Positions 1-10,039 of a stretch of DNA of 33,631 nt are shown here, one piece after another (within the stretch, counting starts at the first letter, position 1; each line of letters starts with the position of its first letter). The notes under the pieces are model-generated. The model saw only the letters and a list, made by a program, of their open reading frames with translations, ran no database searches and was not told where the DNA came from. The DNA comes from Candidatus Eiseniibacteriota bacterium (GTDB taxonomy: Bacteria; ARS69): positions 1-33,631 of the forward strand of contig JBQTGV010000103.1 in assembly GCA_052390515.1 (NCBI GenBank). The letters are read 5' to 3'. A program made the translations under genes and the position numbers.

Positions 1-255
1 CTCCGGCGCGGCGACGTGTCCGGCGTGCACCAGACCGTCGTGGCGCGCAGCCAGTCCGGCCGGCGCGTCGTCGCCTCGCTGGATCTACGGATGGAGTACG
101 GCCTCGCCGACCCGCACGACGAGATCCGTATCGACGGGGATCCGTCGTTCCGCGTCCGTGTCGAGGGAGGCGTCCCCGGCGACCGCGCGACGGTCGGCGC
201 GGTGCTCTCGGCGATCCGCTACGTTCCCGAGGCCTCCCCCGGCCTCGGGGTGTGA
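1..255 (+). CDS. 5'-partial: C-terminus of a dihydrodipicolinate reductase-like / 2,4-diaminopentanoate dehydrogenase family oxidoreductase
   Basis: Frame is open from base 1 (LRRGDVSGVHQ...). The segment DEIRIDGDP...EGGVPGDRATVGAVLSAIRYVPEASPGL resembles the family C-terminal pattern (GD.AT...IP.V..A.PGL). Confidence 0.65.
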   Translation, partial: LRRGDVSGVHQTVVARSQSGRRVVASLDLRMEYGLADPHDEIRIDGDPSFRVRVEGGVPGDRATVGAVLSAIRYVPEASPGLGV

Positions 256-258
256 CGC

Positions 259-720
259 TCACTCCACGCGGAAGCGCAGGCCCCGTTCGCGGGGCCCGGC
301 CACGAGGCCGCCCTCGGCCACTTCGAGACGGATCGTCCAGTCCCCCGGGGCGAAGCGCGACGTCTCGCACAGGAACGTGAACATCCCGGTGACGCTGTCC
401 ACGCGCAGGCCGTCCTGGCGGAACTGCTCGCTTCCGGCCGGATCGAGGAACGTGATCGTCCACGGCCCCTCGGCCGGCGTCTGGATCCGCGTGGCCACGT
501 GCAGGATGAAGTGCGCTCCCGCCTCGGCCCGCGGGATCGTCTCCCAGAAGTCCTCGCTCTCGGGGCGGGGATAGAACGTCCGCGGAACGTGCTCGACGGC
601 GGCGGTGGTGGAGACGCCCGCGCGTCGCGTGCCCCCCGCGTTGCCGGCGTCCCCCGCGTCCCCGCATCCGGCGACGAGCGACGCGGCCGCGACTCCGGCG
701 AGAACCCGCCGCGGGCTCAC
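259..720 (-). CDS. Hypothetical lipoprotein (153 aa)
   Basis: Basic N-terminus, hydrophobic stretch and lipobox LVAG-C. The GTG start overlaps the upstream stop (GTGA, 717-720). C-terminus is beta-rich. Confidence 0.7.
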   Translation of the reverse strand: MSPRRVLAGVAAASLVAGCGDAGDAGNAGGTRRAGVSTTAAVEHVPRTFYPRPESEDFWETIPRAEAGAHFILHVATRIQTPAEGPWTITFLDPAGSEQFRQDGLRVDSVTGMFTFLCETSRFAPGDWTIRLEVAEGGLVAGPRERGLRFRVE

Positions 721-2228
721 CGCGATCTCACGATGCGGACGACGCGCGACGCGCCTTCGCCCGAGACCCGCGCGAAGTAGACTCCCGCCGGGAGCATCTC
801 ACCGCGCTCCCCGCGACCGTCCCAGGAGACCGCGTCCCTCACCCGCCCGAGGTCCCGTACCCGCCGTCCGCTCACGTCGTGGATGACCACGCGCGCGTCC
901 GTCCCGGTCGACCCGGCGAAGCGGATCTCGACCGACTCCCGGAACGGGTTCGGCGATGCGAAGCCTCCCTCGTCGGGCTCCGCCCGGGTGGCGTGCGGGC
1001 GCAGGACCGGCACGGTGTACACGAGAGGATGGCTGCGGACGGTCTCGATCTGTCCCGGGCTCCAGGTCCGGTTCGCGGCGTGGATCACGGGGAACATCAC
1101 GTGATCCCAGTCCGGACAGTGACGCAGATCCGGTGCTTCGCAGCGCGGCGTGTCGCCGAATGGATCGGCTCGGGCGAGGTTCGCCTCCGTCGTGTGGTAC
1201 AGGCCGAGGTAGTGGCCGATCTCGTGCGCGAAGAGCGACCCGAATGCCGGCAGGCAATCGTTGCAGGTGAAGAGCGGCGACGTCCGCACCAGGATGCCCG
1301 AATCGGGCGTGCCGTTCGTGCTCGGACCGGGAATGCCGCCCGAGAGCCCGACCGCGGGGATCAGCGGCGCCTCGAAGCCCGCGACGCAGTACACGTTCAT
1401 CGCGCGCGGGAGACCGAGCGTCGCGGAGGACCGGAAGAGCCGTCCGGCCTGGTCCCAAGTGGAGATGAAGGAGAAGCCGGGACGGTTCCAGTTGCGCTGC
1501 GTGACGCGCCCGAGACGGATCCCCGTGGGGGCGATCGCCTCGTCGATCACGTCCAGCATCCCGGCGAACTCCGGTGCCGTCTCCGCGATCTCGGTGGTGA
1601 GCCCGCACCCCGGCAGGAAGACGAAGTGCAGATCCAGGAAGCGCTGGACGACGACCCCCGCGTCCGACCGCAGCGTCGCGGTCACGTCGACCACCGTTCC
1701 GTCCTCGAGCGGCCCGTCGAGCGCCGGCGTCGCGCGGACGCGGAAGGAGTAGCGCCCCGGCTCGAGCTCCCACCCCGCGCGGTCCGTGCTCGGCATCTGC
1801 GTCGTGCCCCGCCCTTCGCGCACCTCGCCGACCGCGGGGGCGTCGGGGCACGCCTCGCACGCCAGCAACGAGCCGTCCGGGCCCAGCAGCTCGACCGCGA
1901 TGCGGAAGCGGTCGTTCGGCGCATCCGCGCGAATCATCAGGCCCACCGTCCCCTCCTCGACCGCGATCGGGATCTCGGCGGAGACCGGCTCGACGGATAC
2001 GCCCTTCCACACGATCGTCACGAGATCGTCGGCACGCTCCACGCGCGCCGAAGGGACGGCCGCGCGGAACGACGCGGGCGCCGGCTGCGTCGAGGAAGGA
2101 ACCGGCCGCGCCCGCTCGACGGGACAGAGGATCCCCTCGGCGATCAGCGCGTCGAAGTCGTCGACCGATGCCGCGGCCGCGGCGGAGGCCGCCAGCGAGA
2201 GCACGGTGAAGGCGGCGGCCCGCATCAT
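717..2228 (-). CDS. Secreted M43-like (pappalysin/ulilysin-type) metzincin with C-terminal FlgD-Ig/T9SS-CTD-like domain (503 aa)
   Basis: Likely start is MMRAAAFTVLSLAASAAAA (signal peptide, ATGA overlap at 2225-2228). Zinc motif HEIGHYLGLYH at 1226-1194, Met-turn HVMFP, and tail SPNPF...IHDVSGRRV...WDGR...LPAGVYFARV. Confidence 0.8.
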   Translation of the reverse strand: MMRAAAFTVLSLAASAAAAASVDDFDALIAEGILCPVERARPVPSSTQPAPASFRAAVPSARVERADDLVTIVWKGVSVEPVSAEIPIAVEEGTVGLMIRADAPNDRFRIAVELLGPDGSLLACEACPDAPAVGEVREGRGTTQMPSTDRAGWELEPGRYSFRVRATPALDGPLEDGTVVDVTATLRSDAGVVVQRFLDLHFVFLPGCGLTTEIAETAPEFAGMLDVIDEAIAPTGIRLGRVTQRNWNRPGFSFISTWDQAGRLFRSSATLGLPRAMNVYCVAGFEAPLIPAVGLSGGIPGPSTNGTPDSGILVRTSPLFTCNDCLPAFGSLFAHEIGHYLGLYHTTEANLARADPFGDTPRCEAPDLRHCPDWDHVMFPVIHAANRTWSPGQIETVRSHPLVYTVPVLRPHATRAEPDEGGFASPNPFRESVEIRFAGSTGTDARVVIHDVSGRRVRDLGRVRDAVSWDGRGERGEMLPAGVYFARVSGEGASRVVRIVRSR

Positions 2229-5032
2229 GGTGCGCTCTCCGCGCTCTCGGGCTTCCAGAAGACCACCGTGTGCCGCGAGCGATCGAAATGATCGCGGAGC
2301 ACGCGGCGCATCTCCTCGGCCGAGAGGGTCCGGATCCGTTCGATCCGGTCCAGGACCTCCGGAAGCGGCCGCCCGCGCAGATGGAGGCTCGAGAGGCTCC
2401 CGATCCAGAACGAGTTGTCCCGGAGAGCGGTCTCCATGTCTCGCGTCTGGATCTCGCGTTCCTTCGCCATCTCGTCCTCGGTCGGTCCGTCCCGCCTCAA
2501 GTCGTCGACGGCCTGCTGCACCTCGGCGAACAGACCCTCCGCCCGGTCGGGGTCGGACCCGTACCCGACGCTCACCCGACCCTGCGGAGGTCCGATCATG
2601 CTGAAATGATAGCCGACCGAGACCCCGTAGGTCGCGCCGAGATCCTCCCGGAGCCGCTCGCGGAGGCGCCGTTCGAGCAGGGAGGCCGCGGTCCTCAGCC
2701 GGTGCCATTCCACCGGATCGGTGCCCTCGTACGAGGCGAACGTGAACGTCGTGTGCGCCCGTGGCTCCCGACCCGCGAGGACCACCTCCCGCACCGGCTC
2801 GCGCGGGAAGGAGATCCCGCGGTCCACCCAGCCCGAGGCCGGCCCACCGTTCGAGGGCAGGCTGCCGATGGTGCGCTCGAGCAGCGGCACGGCGGCTTCG
2901 ACATCGAGGTTGCCGGCGAAGAAGAACGCGAAGTCCGCCGCGTTCGCGAAGGACCGGCGGTAGAAGTCCAGCGCATCGTCCAGATCGATCTCGTGGAGCC
3001 GCTCCAGCGTCAGGGGACGCCGCCGCGGGTGATCGTCGGAGTTGATCGCCGAGAGCCGGTCGCCGTACCTCGTGCCCGGATCCGCGTCGCGCTTGGCCAG
3101 CGCCTCGCGGACGTGATCGAGGAAGCGCGCGAAGGCCGCCTCGTCCCGATTCGGCGACGTCATCTGCAGCACGCAGAGCTCCAGCGCGGTCTCCAGGTCG
3201 GCTACCGTCGAGCTCCCTGAAATGCCGTGCTGCGACTCCTCGAAGAAGGGGCTCACGGAGACGACCTTGCCGGCCAGGAGCTTCTGCAAGTCGATGCGAG
3301 AGTGGCCGCCCCATCCCGCTTCGCGCACGATGGCCGCGGCGTGCCGAGCGGAGGCGAGCTCCCCATCCTCGACGACCGAGGTGCCGCCCAGCGCGTTCGC
3401 CGTGAACACCACCTCGTCGTCCTGGAAGTCCGTCGGCTTCAGGAACGCGCGCACTCCGTTGGACAGCACGATCTCGGTGACCCCGACCTCCGGGGTGGAT
3501 CTCCGCTCGAGTGCCCGGCCCGGCGGAAGCGGCTGCGCCACGAGCGCGCCGAGAAGAGCCGAGTCGGTCCAAGGCGCGGGCTCGGCGGCGGCCGCCTCTC
3601 GCAAGGCGGCGAGAAGCTCAGCCTCTCCGGATAGGTCCGCACCGGAGGGTCGCGTCGCCTCGACGACCACACCGTCGCCGCCCAGAAGCCCGCGAAGCTC
3701 CTCGTGACACTCCTCCGTGGTGATCTCCGGCAGGAATGCAGCGAAGAGGGCGCGCTCCGTGTCGATGCCGGGGATCGGTTCGGCGTGCAGGAAGTGCCGG
3801 GTGTACTCGCCGACGTACCGGCCGCTCGGCGTCTTCTCCCGCTCCGCCCACGCCGCTTCGATCCCGGAGTGGAGCTCGCTCCGGGCGCGGTCCAGCTCCG
3901 ACGGAAGGAAGCCGTGGAGCTGGGCGCGCCGCGCCTCGGTCACCAGCGCGCGCAGTCCGCGGGCTTCCTCACCTTCGCGAACGCGCGCGGACAACGCGAC
4001 GAGCTCCGTGGTCCGGCCCATGCGGCTGGCTCCCATTCCGGCGCCGAGGAACGGCGCATCGTTCGATCGCGCGACCTCCCCGAGGCGCGCGTTGAACATC
4101 GCCAGCGTGACGCCGCGCACGAGCTGCTCCCGGTAGGCGCCGTAGGTAGCCGCCTCGGGTTCCGCGGGGCGCCTGGTGCTCACGCCCACGGACGAGCCGG
4201 AGAGCTCGGGGTCGTCCGCCAGCGCGAACAGCGTGTCAGGGTGTGCCGGAACCGGCCAGTCCTGGCGGGGACGGGCCTCGCCGCCGGGTGCGGCCGCGAA
4301 GGACTCGCGGATCCACTCGACGACCTCGCCGCCGTCGAAATCGCCCACGGCGATCACAGCCATGCGCTCGGGACGGTACCAGTCGCGGTAGAAGCGACGC
4401 AGGGCGTCCGGCGGAGCGCCGGACAGGATCTCCGGCTGCCCGATAGGAAGCCGCTCGGCGTACCGGGATCCGCGGAGGACGATGGGTAGCTGGCGGTCGC
4501 GGACGCGCTTCGCCGCGCCGAGCCCCCTTCGCCATTCGTCCAGGACCACGCCCCGTTCCTTGTCGATCTCCTCGGTCGAAAGCGTCGCCGCGAACGCGAA
4601 CTCCCCGAGGATGGAGACGCCTCGCGGCAGCAGCCCCTCCCGATCGGTGGGGATCTCCAGCATGTACACGGTCTCGTCGAACGAGGTGTACGCGTTCAGG
4701 TCCGCGCCGAAGTCCGCTCCGACGCTCTCCAGGTAGTCGACGATCTCGTTGCCCGCGAAGGTCGCCGTGCCGTTGAACGGCATGTGCTCGACGAAGTGGG
4801 CGAGACCCTGCTGGTCCTCGTCCTCGTCGATCGAGCCGGCCTTGACCACCAGACGCAGCTCGGCCCGGCTCTCCGGCCTGGAGTTCTCACGGACGAAGTA
4901 CGTCAGACCGTTGTCCAGCCGCCCGATGGTGACGTCCGGGTCCAGCGGCAGCGAGTCCGCGGGCGCGAAGTCCGCGGCGGCGAGCGGCGGCGCCGCCAGG
5001 AGGGCGCAGCCGGCGAGGAAGGCGCGGTTCAT
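2225..5032 (-). CDS. Periplasmic M16 family zinc protease, PqqL-like (935 aa)
   Basis: Signal peptide MNRAFLAGCALLAAPPLAAA, GRLDNGLTYFV, inverzincin motif HFVEH (4798-4784), NAYTSFDETVY, second-half LSNGV and LREDLGATY. ATGA overlap at 5029-5032. Confidence 0.92.
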   Translation of the reverse strand: MNRAFLAGCALLAAPPLAAADFAPADSLPLDPDVTIGRLDNGLTYFVRENSRPESRAELRLVVKAGSIDEDEDQQGLAHFVEHMPFNGTATFAGNEIVDYLESVGADFGADLNAYTSFDETVYMLEIPTDREGLLPRGVSILGEFAFAATLSTEEIDKERGVVLDEWRRGLGAAKRVRDRQLPIVLRGSRYAERLPIGQPEILSGAPPDALRRFYRDWYRPERMAVIAVGDFDGGEVVEWIRESFAAAPGGEARPRQDWPVPAHPDTLFALADDPELSGSSVGVSTRRPAEPEAATYGAYREQLVRGVTLAMFNARLGEVARSNDAPFLGAGMGASRMGRTTELVALSARVREGEEARGLRALVTEARRAQLHGFLPSELDRARSELHSGIEAAWAEREKTPSGRYVGEYTRHFLHAEPIPGIDTERALFAAFLPEITTEECHEELRGLLGGDGVVVEATRPSGADLSGEAELLAALREAAAAEPAPWTDSALLGALVAQPLPPGRALERRSTPEVGVTEIVLSNGVRAFLKPTDFQDDEVVFTANALGGTSVVEDGELASARHAAAIVREAGWGGHSRIDLQKLLAGKVVSVSPFFEESQHGISGSSTVADLETALELCVLQMTSPNRDEAAFARFLDHVREALAKRDADPGTRYGDRLSAINSDDHPRRRPLTLERLHEIDLDDALDFYRRSFANAADFAFFFAGNLDVEAAVPLLERTIGSLPSNGGPASGWVDRGISFPREPVREVVLAGREPRAHTTFTFASYEGTDPVEWHRLRTAASLLERRLRERLREDLGATYGVSVGYHFSMIGPPQGRVSVGYGSDPDRAEGLFAEVQQAVDDLRRDGPTEDEMAKEREIQTRDMETALRDNSFWIGSLSSLHLRGRPLPEVLDRIERIRTLSAEEMRRVLRDHFDRSRHTVVFWKPESAESAP

Positions 5033-6693
5033 CCCGCACCCGGGGCCAGCACGTCCAAGCGAGCCTCGTCGACCGTGACGCGGAGCTCTTCCTTCCGGGA
5101 TGCGAGCCACTGCTGCACGGCCCGCTGGTCTCCATGACGCATGCGCAGTCTCACGTCCTCCAGCACCTCCTCGCGCGTCAGGCGACGCGCCGCTTCCAGG
5201 CTCAGACACTCCACGACAATCCAGGTTCCGCCGAGGTCGTGCGGCCCGGAGATCGCTCCGACGCCTCCGCGCAGGATCGCGGCGGAGACCTCCGGAATGT
5301 CCAGGCCTCCCGGGCCCACCGTGGTGACGTGGTAGGAGAACGGGACCGGGCGATCGTCGGTGAGCACCTCGGCCAGCCGGGCGCGGCCGCCCCTCGCACG
5401 CAGGCGCTCCCCCTCCTCGGCGGCGACCTCGGGTGCCGGGAAGTCGAACCACAGGACGCGGGCCGTCGCGCGGCGCTCGAACAGGTGCGGCTGCGTGGCT
5501 TGGAGCATCGTGGCGAGAGAGTCGAGGTCCGTCGCGTCGACCTGCACATCGCGGCTCATCTGCTCCGCCGCCATCCCGGCCAGGTGATCGGCGCGCGCGT
5601 GCTCGATCGCGCGGGCCGCCCACCACTCGCGGTCGAGCTCCCGCCGCAGCGCCTCCGCGAGGAGCAGCTCCCGCGTGATCGCCGCGCGGCACGCCGCCTC
5701 GACCTCGGCGCGAAGGTGGAGCCGCGGCCGCTGCACCGGCGCCGTCGCTTCGATCGCGTTGCGGTAGTCCGCCGCCGTCCAGCGGCCGGCGTCCGCCCAC
5801 TCCGCGATCACGGCCTGCTCTTCGCCGGGCGAGAGGCTCGGGATCGCCCAGCCGGATTCGAGATCCGCCGCGATCGACTCGACGATCGCCTCCGACGTCC
5901 GCCGGACGAGCAGGTCGACGCCGGCGGGGTCCAGCCGCACGTTCCGCTCCCGCCGCAACCGCTCCCCGAGCGCATCGACGCGCTCAGCTTGCCAAAGGAC
6001 GCGGAGTCCGGACGTGATCCTCGTGCGCACCTCGTCCAGCGGTGGCAGCGCCACCGGCTCGCGCTCCAGGAACCGAAGGAGCAGGACGAGCGGACCGTCG
6101 ATCACGGGCCCGGCGAGCGCGCCGGGTTCGAGCCCGATCACCGCTTCGGCGACGGGATCCGGGGACGCGGACCACTGCACCCAGACGCCTCGTCGCTGGC
6201 GGAGCCCGAATGCAGCCTCCACCGCGGCGTCCACGTCGCGGCCCGCTTCGATCGCGGCGCGCGCGGCGAGCGCCGCCTCCTCGGTGAGGAAGGACATCTT
6301 CTCCACGCGGCTGCGGAAGCCCATGTGGGCGTAGGCTGCCTCGACGTCCGCCGGCGTGATCTCGGGCTCGCCCGCTTCCAGGGTCATCAGGCGGCGCACC
6401 AGGATGGCGCGGCGCTGCCGCTCCAATGCCGCTTCGAGGGCTGGATCCGAGGCGGTCAGCTCCTCGCCGCGACGCTCGAGCAGCCGCCGCTCCACCACCC
6501 TCTCCACGAAGGCGCGGCGCTGCTCCCGCGTTCCGAGCAACGGCCGGTCGGGCGAGTCGAGCTCGGCGTACGCGCGGCGCAGATCCGCGAGCGTCAGGGA
6601 CTCGCCGCCGATCGTCACCACCGGCGGATCCGCGAAATCCGCACACGAAACGGAAAGGAGACCCGCGGCCGAGACGAGGAGGGGCCGGATCAA
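5029..6693 (-). CDS. SurA/PrsA-like lipoprotein with two degenerate parvulin (PPIase) modules (554 aa)
   Basis: Lipobox LSVS-C. Two repeats of a SurA-N-like helical region (VVTIGGESLTLADL...; VIAEW...WTAADY) each followed by a parvulin-like segment (PGALAGPV; GAISGPH). TTG start with TTGA overlap. Confidence 0.7.
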   Translation of the reverse strand: MIRPLLVSAAGLLSVSCADFADPPVVTIGGESLTLADLRRAYAELDSPDRPLLGTREQRRAFVERVVERRLLERRGEELTASDPALEAALERQRRAILVRRLMTLEAGEPEITPADVEAAYAHMGFRSRVEKMSFLTEEAALAARAAIEAGRDVDAAVEAAFGLRQRRGVWVQWSASPDPVAEAVIGLEPGALAGPVIDGPLVLLLRFLEREPVALPPLDEVRTRITSGLRVLWQAERVDALGERLRRERNVRLDPAGVDLLVRRTSEAIVESIAADLESGWAIPSLSPGEEQAVIAEWADAGRWTAADYRNAIEATAPVQRPRLHLRAEVEAACRAAITRELLLAEALRRELDREWWAARAIEHARADHLAGMAAEQMSRDVQVDATDLDSLATMLQATQPHLFERRATARVLWFDFPAPEVAAEEGERLRARGGRARLAEVLTDDRPVPFSYHVTTVGPGGLDIPEVSAAILRGGVGAISGPHDLGGTWIVVECLSLEAARRLTREEVLEDVRLRMRHGDQRAVQQWLASRKEELRVTVDEARLDVLAPGAG

Positions 6694-7673
6694 TCGACGG
6701 CGCCCGTCCGCCCCTCGACGAGGTCCATCAAGAGCCGGCGAAGGTACACACGGACCATTTTCTTGCGGTAGCCGACCGGCATCGAGGTGTTCTTCTTCGG
6801 CGCCGCCAGCCCCTCCATCTCGGAAGCGACGGGGTCGATCACGTCAGCGATCCGCTTCCCGGCGTGCGTCTCCGTGAAGTCGCGGTACTGAGGCACGACG
6901 TCGACGGCGGTCGTGGCGCAACGCAGCAGCTGCACCCGTCCGGAGTCGTCGAGGGACATCGCCGCGGCCGCTCCCATTTCCGGGTAGTCCAGCGTGTCGC
7001 GGACGCGCAGTTTGCGGTAGCCGGCGCGAAGCGTGGACGACTCCTGCGGAATGCGCACCGCGACGAGGACCTCGCCGCGGGCCAGTACGTTCTTGCCGAT
7101 CCCGTCGCCGCGGTAAAAGTCGCGAAGCGCCACCGTGCGACGGCCGCCCGCGGAGGCCAGCTCGATGGATGCGCCGAGCACCATCAGGAGCGGCGCGAGA
7201 TCGCCGGAGTAGGCGGCGTAGCAGATCTCCTTCTGCGGCACGACGAGGCACGAGTCGGACTCCGCCTTCATGCAGGATCCCTTGGTGGCGCGCCAGAACA
7301 CGGTCTGGTTGAAGTAGTAGCAGCGGGTCTCCACCAGCAGGTTGCCGCCGATCGTCCCCGCGTTACGGATCAGGGGCGAAGCGACCACCCGGATCGCCTC
7401 GCACACGCCGGGGTAGTGCTCCTGCACGAGCGGGCTCGCCGCAACCGCCGCGAGCGTTTCGGCGGCCCCGATCCGTCCCACCTCGATCCCCCGCAGCTCA
7501 GGAACTCCGCCGAGCGCGATGAGGTGCGGCTTGGGGCGGATCCGGTTCTTGTAGTTCTGCAGCAGGTCGGTACCCCCGGAGATGAAGTCGGCGTCCGCTC
7601 CGTGCGCGGCGGCGAGACGCACGGCCTCGTCGAGGCGTGCCGGCCGGTGCAGCTCGAACGGCGCGAGGATCAT
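6690..7673 (-). CDS. hcrB: FAD-binding subunit of a xanthine-oxidase-family enzyme with [4Fe-4S] insert; 4-hydroxybenzoyl-CoA reductase beta-like
   Basis: FAD motifs SGGTDL and IRNAGTIGGNL, plus the four-Cys insert TRCYYFNQTVFWR...SCMK...SCLV...ICYAAYSGDLAP typical of HcrB/HbaD. Confidence 0.8.
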   Translation of the reverse strand: MILAPFELHRPARLDEAVRLAAAHGADADFISGGTDLLQNYKNRIRPKPHLIALGGVPELRGIEVGRIGAAETLAAVAASPLVQEHYPGVCEAIRVVASPLIRNAGTIGGNLLVETRCYYFNQTVFWRATKGSCMKAESDSCLVVPQKEICYAAYSGDLAPLLMVLGASIELASAGGRRTVALRDFYRGDGIGKNVLARGEVLVAVRIPQESSTLRAGYRKLRVRDTLDYPEMGAAAAMSLDDSGRVQLLRCATTAVDVVPQYRDFTETHAGKRIADVIDPVASEMEGLAAPKKNTSMPVGYRKKMVRVYLRRLLMDLVEGRTGAVD

Positions 7674-10039
7674 CGCACCGGCTCCGCGGCCTTCGCCCCG
7701 GAGCGACTCTCCCGGAGAGCGTCTGCGCGCGCCTTGCGCTCGATCGCGGCGAGGACCCGGTCGGGGCTCATGGGCAGCTCGTACAGCCGCACGCCCACGG
7801 CGTCTGTCACCGCATTCGCCAGGCTCGGCAGGATGGGCAGCAGCGGACCTTCGCCCGCCTCCTTCGCTCCGAACGGCCCCTCGGGATCGTTCGACTCGAC
7901 GATGAACACCTCGACGTCGGGCATCTCCAGCGAGCTCGGGATCTTGTAGTCGAGGAGGTTACCGTTCAGCACGTTGAGTTTGTTGTAGCCGAACTCCTCC
8001 ATCAGCGCCTGCCCCATGCCCATGTGCAGGCACCCCTCGATCTGCATCTCGACGGCGAGCGGGTTGAGGGCCTTGCCGCAGTCGTGCGCGGCCCACACCT
8101 TCGCCGGGCGGATGAAGCCCGTCTCCGGGTCCACCTTCACCTGCGAGATGTACGCCTGGAAGCTGTACGAGGGCGAAAGCCCCGCGGCCGCACCCTTGTG
8201 CGAGCCGCCCATCGTCGGCGCGTCGTGGTAGCAGCCCTTGCTGATGAGCGCTCCGGTCCCGGAGATGGCTTCGAGCACCGCGTCGAAGTACGAGACGGAC
8301 ACGGCCGGATCGGCGAGACACACGACGCGTCCCATGCGCGTGTCGAACTCGCCGGCATCCCGTCCGGTGAGGCGGGCCGCCGCGCGGCACAGCTTCTCGC
8401 GGATCACCTCGGCCGCCTTGCGCGCCGCGGTGCCGGCCATGAAAGTCACCCGCGAGCTGTAGCTGCCGAGATCGATCGGGTCCGTGTCCGAGTCCCGTGA
8501 GAAGACGCGGATCCAGTCGACCGGAACGCCGAGCACCTCGGCCACGCACTGGGCGAGCATCGTGTCCGAGCCCTGCCCGATCTCCGCCGCCATGCAGTGC
8601 ACCGTGATCCCGCCGTCCATGTCGATCTTCAGGTGCACGGTGGATTGCGGCACCCGGTTCCAGTTGATGCGCAGCGCCGACCCGGAGATGTAGAAGCCGC
8701 AGGCCAGTCCGATGCCCTCTCCGTAGGGCAGCCGACCGCGCTTCGCCTTCCACCCGGAAGCCTCGACCACCTTGCGGATGCACTCCTCGGTCCCGTTGGA
8801 AGTGATGCGGAATCCGTTCAGCGTGGTGGTGTTCGAGGGCAGCAGGTTCTTCAGGCGAAACTCCGCCGCATCGACGCCGGTCTTCTGGGCCAGCTCGTCG
8901 ATGAGCACTTCGTACGCGAAGCGCGAGTTCACGGCACCATGGCCGCGCATCGCGCCGCACGGCGGCTTGTTGGTGTACACGCGGCGGCCACGGTAGCGGA
9001 AGTTCTCGAGGCGATACGGGCCGACGGAGAGCACGCCGTTGTAGTACGTGGTGACGACGCCGAAGCTGCCCCAGGCCCCGCCGTCGATCAGGGCGTCGAG
9101 ATCGAGCGCGGTGATCCGCCCCTCCGCGTCGGCGCCGACCGTGATCTTGGTCTTCGTCGGGTGGCGGCCGTGGTTGGTGAGGAAGACCTCTTCGCGATCG
9201 AAGCGGATGCGCACCGGCCGGCCGGTCTTCCGGGAGAGCAGCGCGGCGATCATCTCGTGCGGGAACGGATCCGACTTGCCGCCGAACGCGCCGCCGACCA
9301 TGGGGCGGATCACGCGCACGCGGTGCATGGGCATTCCGAGCACGAGAGCGAGGTCCCGGTGCAGGTAGTGCGGTACCTGCGTGGCCGACCACACCGTCAG
9401 GCGTCCGGTCGGCTCCCAGTGCGCGATCACGCAGTGCGGCTCGGTGAACGCGTGGGTCACCCCGACGAAGCGGAACTCCCCGGTGGCGACGTGCGCCGAC
9501 CGTGCGAGCGCGCCCTCCGCGTCGCCGAACTCCTGGCGCACTTCCTTCTGCAGATTCGTGGCGTGCCTCGTCTCGGGGTGCAGCTTGAGTTCCTTCGGCA
9601 CCTGCTTCAGCGCATCCTCCGCCTTGAGGAACGCGGGCAGCTCCTCGTACTCCACGCGAATCGCTTCGCACGCGGCATTCGCCGACTCCTCGTCGTCCGC
9701 TGCGACACCGGCCACGCAGTCCCCGATGTAGATCACCTTGCCGACCGCCAGCGCGACCTCGTCCTTGGAGATGGGCAGCACTCCGAACTGCGCGAGGCGC
9801 GAATCCCCGGTGACGACGGCGCGCACGCCCGGCAGCGCCTCCGCGGCGCGGCTGTCGATGGACACGATGCGCGCGTGCGGCAGCGGCGAGCGCAGGATCT
9901 TGCCGGTGAGCATCCCGGGCAGACGGATGTCGTCGGTGTAGACGGCGGTGCCGTTGACCTTGGAGGCGCCGTCGATGAGCGGGACGCGCGCGCCCACGCC
10001 GTGCGGCGAGCGCTGCGAGGCGGCGGGCTCCCGGCTCAT
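7670..10039 (-). CDS. hcrA: Molybdopterin-binding subunit, 4-hydroxybenzoyl-CoA reductase alpha-like (789 aa)
   Basis: Start MSREP with ATGA overlap. Motifs ILRSPLPHARI, GGAFGGK, CGAMRGHG, EIGQGS, LGSYSSRVT and GAKEAGEG. The family is certain; the substrate is inferred. Confidence 0.8.
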   Translation of the reverse strand: MSREPAASQRSPHGVGARVPLIDGASKVNGTAVYTDDIRLPGMLTGKILRSPLPHARIVSIDSRAAEALPGVRAVVTGDSRLAQFGVLPISKDEVALAVGKVIYIGDCVAGVAADDEESANAACEAIRVEYEELPAFLKAEDALKQVPKELKLHPETRHATNLQKEVRQEFGDAEGALARSAHVATGEFRFVGVTHAFTEPHCVIAHWEPTGRLTVWSATQVPHYLHRDLALVLGMPMHRVRVIRPMVGGAFGGKSDPFPHEMIAALLSRKTGRPVRIRFDREEVFLTNHGRHPTKTKITVGADAEGRITALDLDALIDGGAWGSFGVVTTYYNGVLSVGPYRLENFRYRGRRVYTNKPPCGAMRGHGAVNSRFAYEVLIDELAQKTGVDAAEFRLKNLLPSNTTTLNGFRITSNGTEECIRKVVEASGWKAKRGRLPYGEGIGLACGFYISGSALRINWNRVPQSTVHLKIDMDGGITVHCMAAEIGQGSDTMLAQCVAEVLGVPVDWIRVFSRDSDTDPIDLGSYSSRVTFMAGTAARKAAEVIREKLCRAAARLTGRDAGEFDTRMGRVVCLADPAVSVSYFDAVLEAISGTGALISKGCYHDAPTMGGSHKGAAAGLSPSYSFQAYISQVKVDPETGFIRPAKVWAAHDCGKALNPLAVEMQIEGCLHMGMGQALMEEFGYNKLNVLNGNLLDYKIPSSLEMPDVEVFIVESNDPEGPFGAKEAGEGPLLPILPSLANAVTDAVGVRLYELPMSPDRVLAAIERKARADALRESRSGAKAAEPVR

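Noticed and set aside
2229..3572. Long N-terminal extensions in the ORF track (951-, 1191-, 1052-, 975-, 745-, 606- and 608-aa calls)
   Set aside because: They overlap upstream genes in other frames or run into intergenic DNA. Internal starts with SD sequences, signal peptides or stop/start overlaps fit better.
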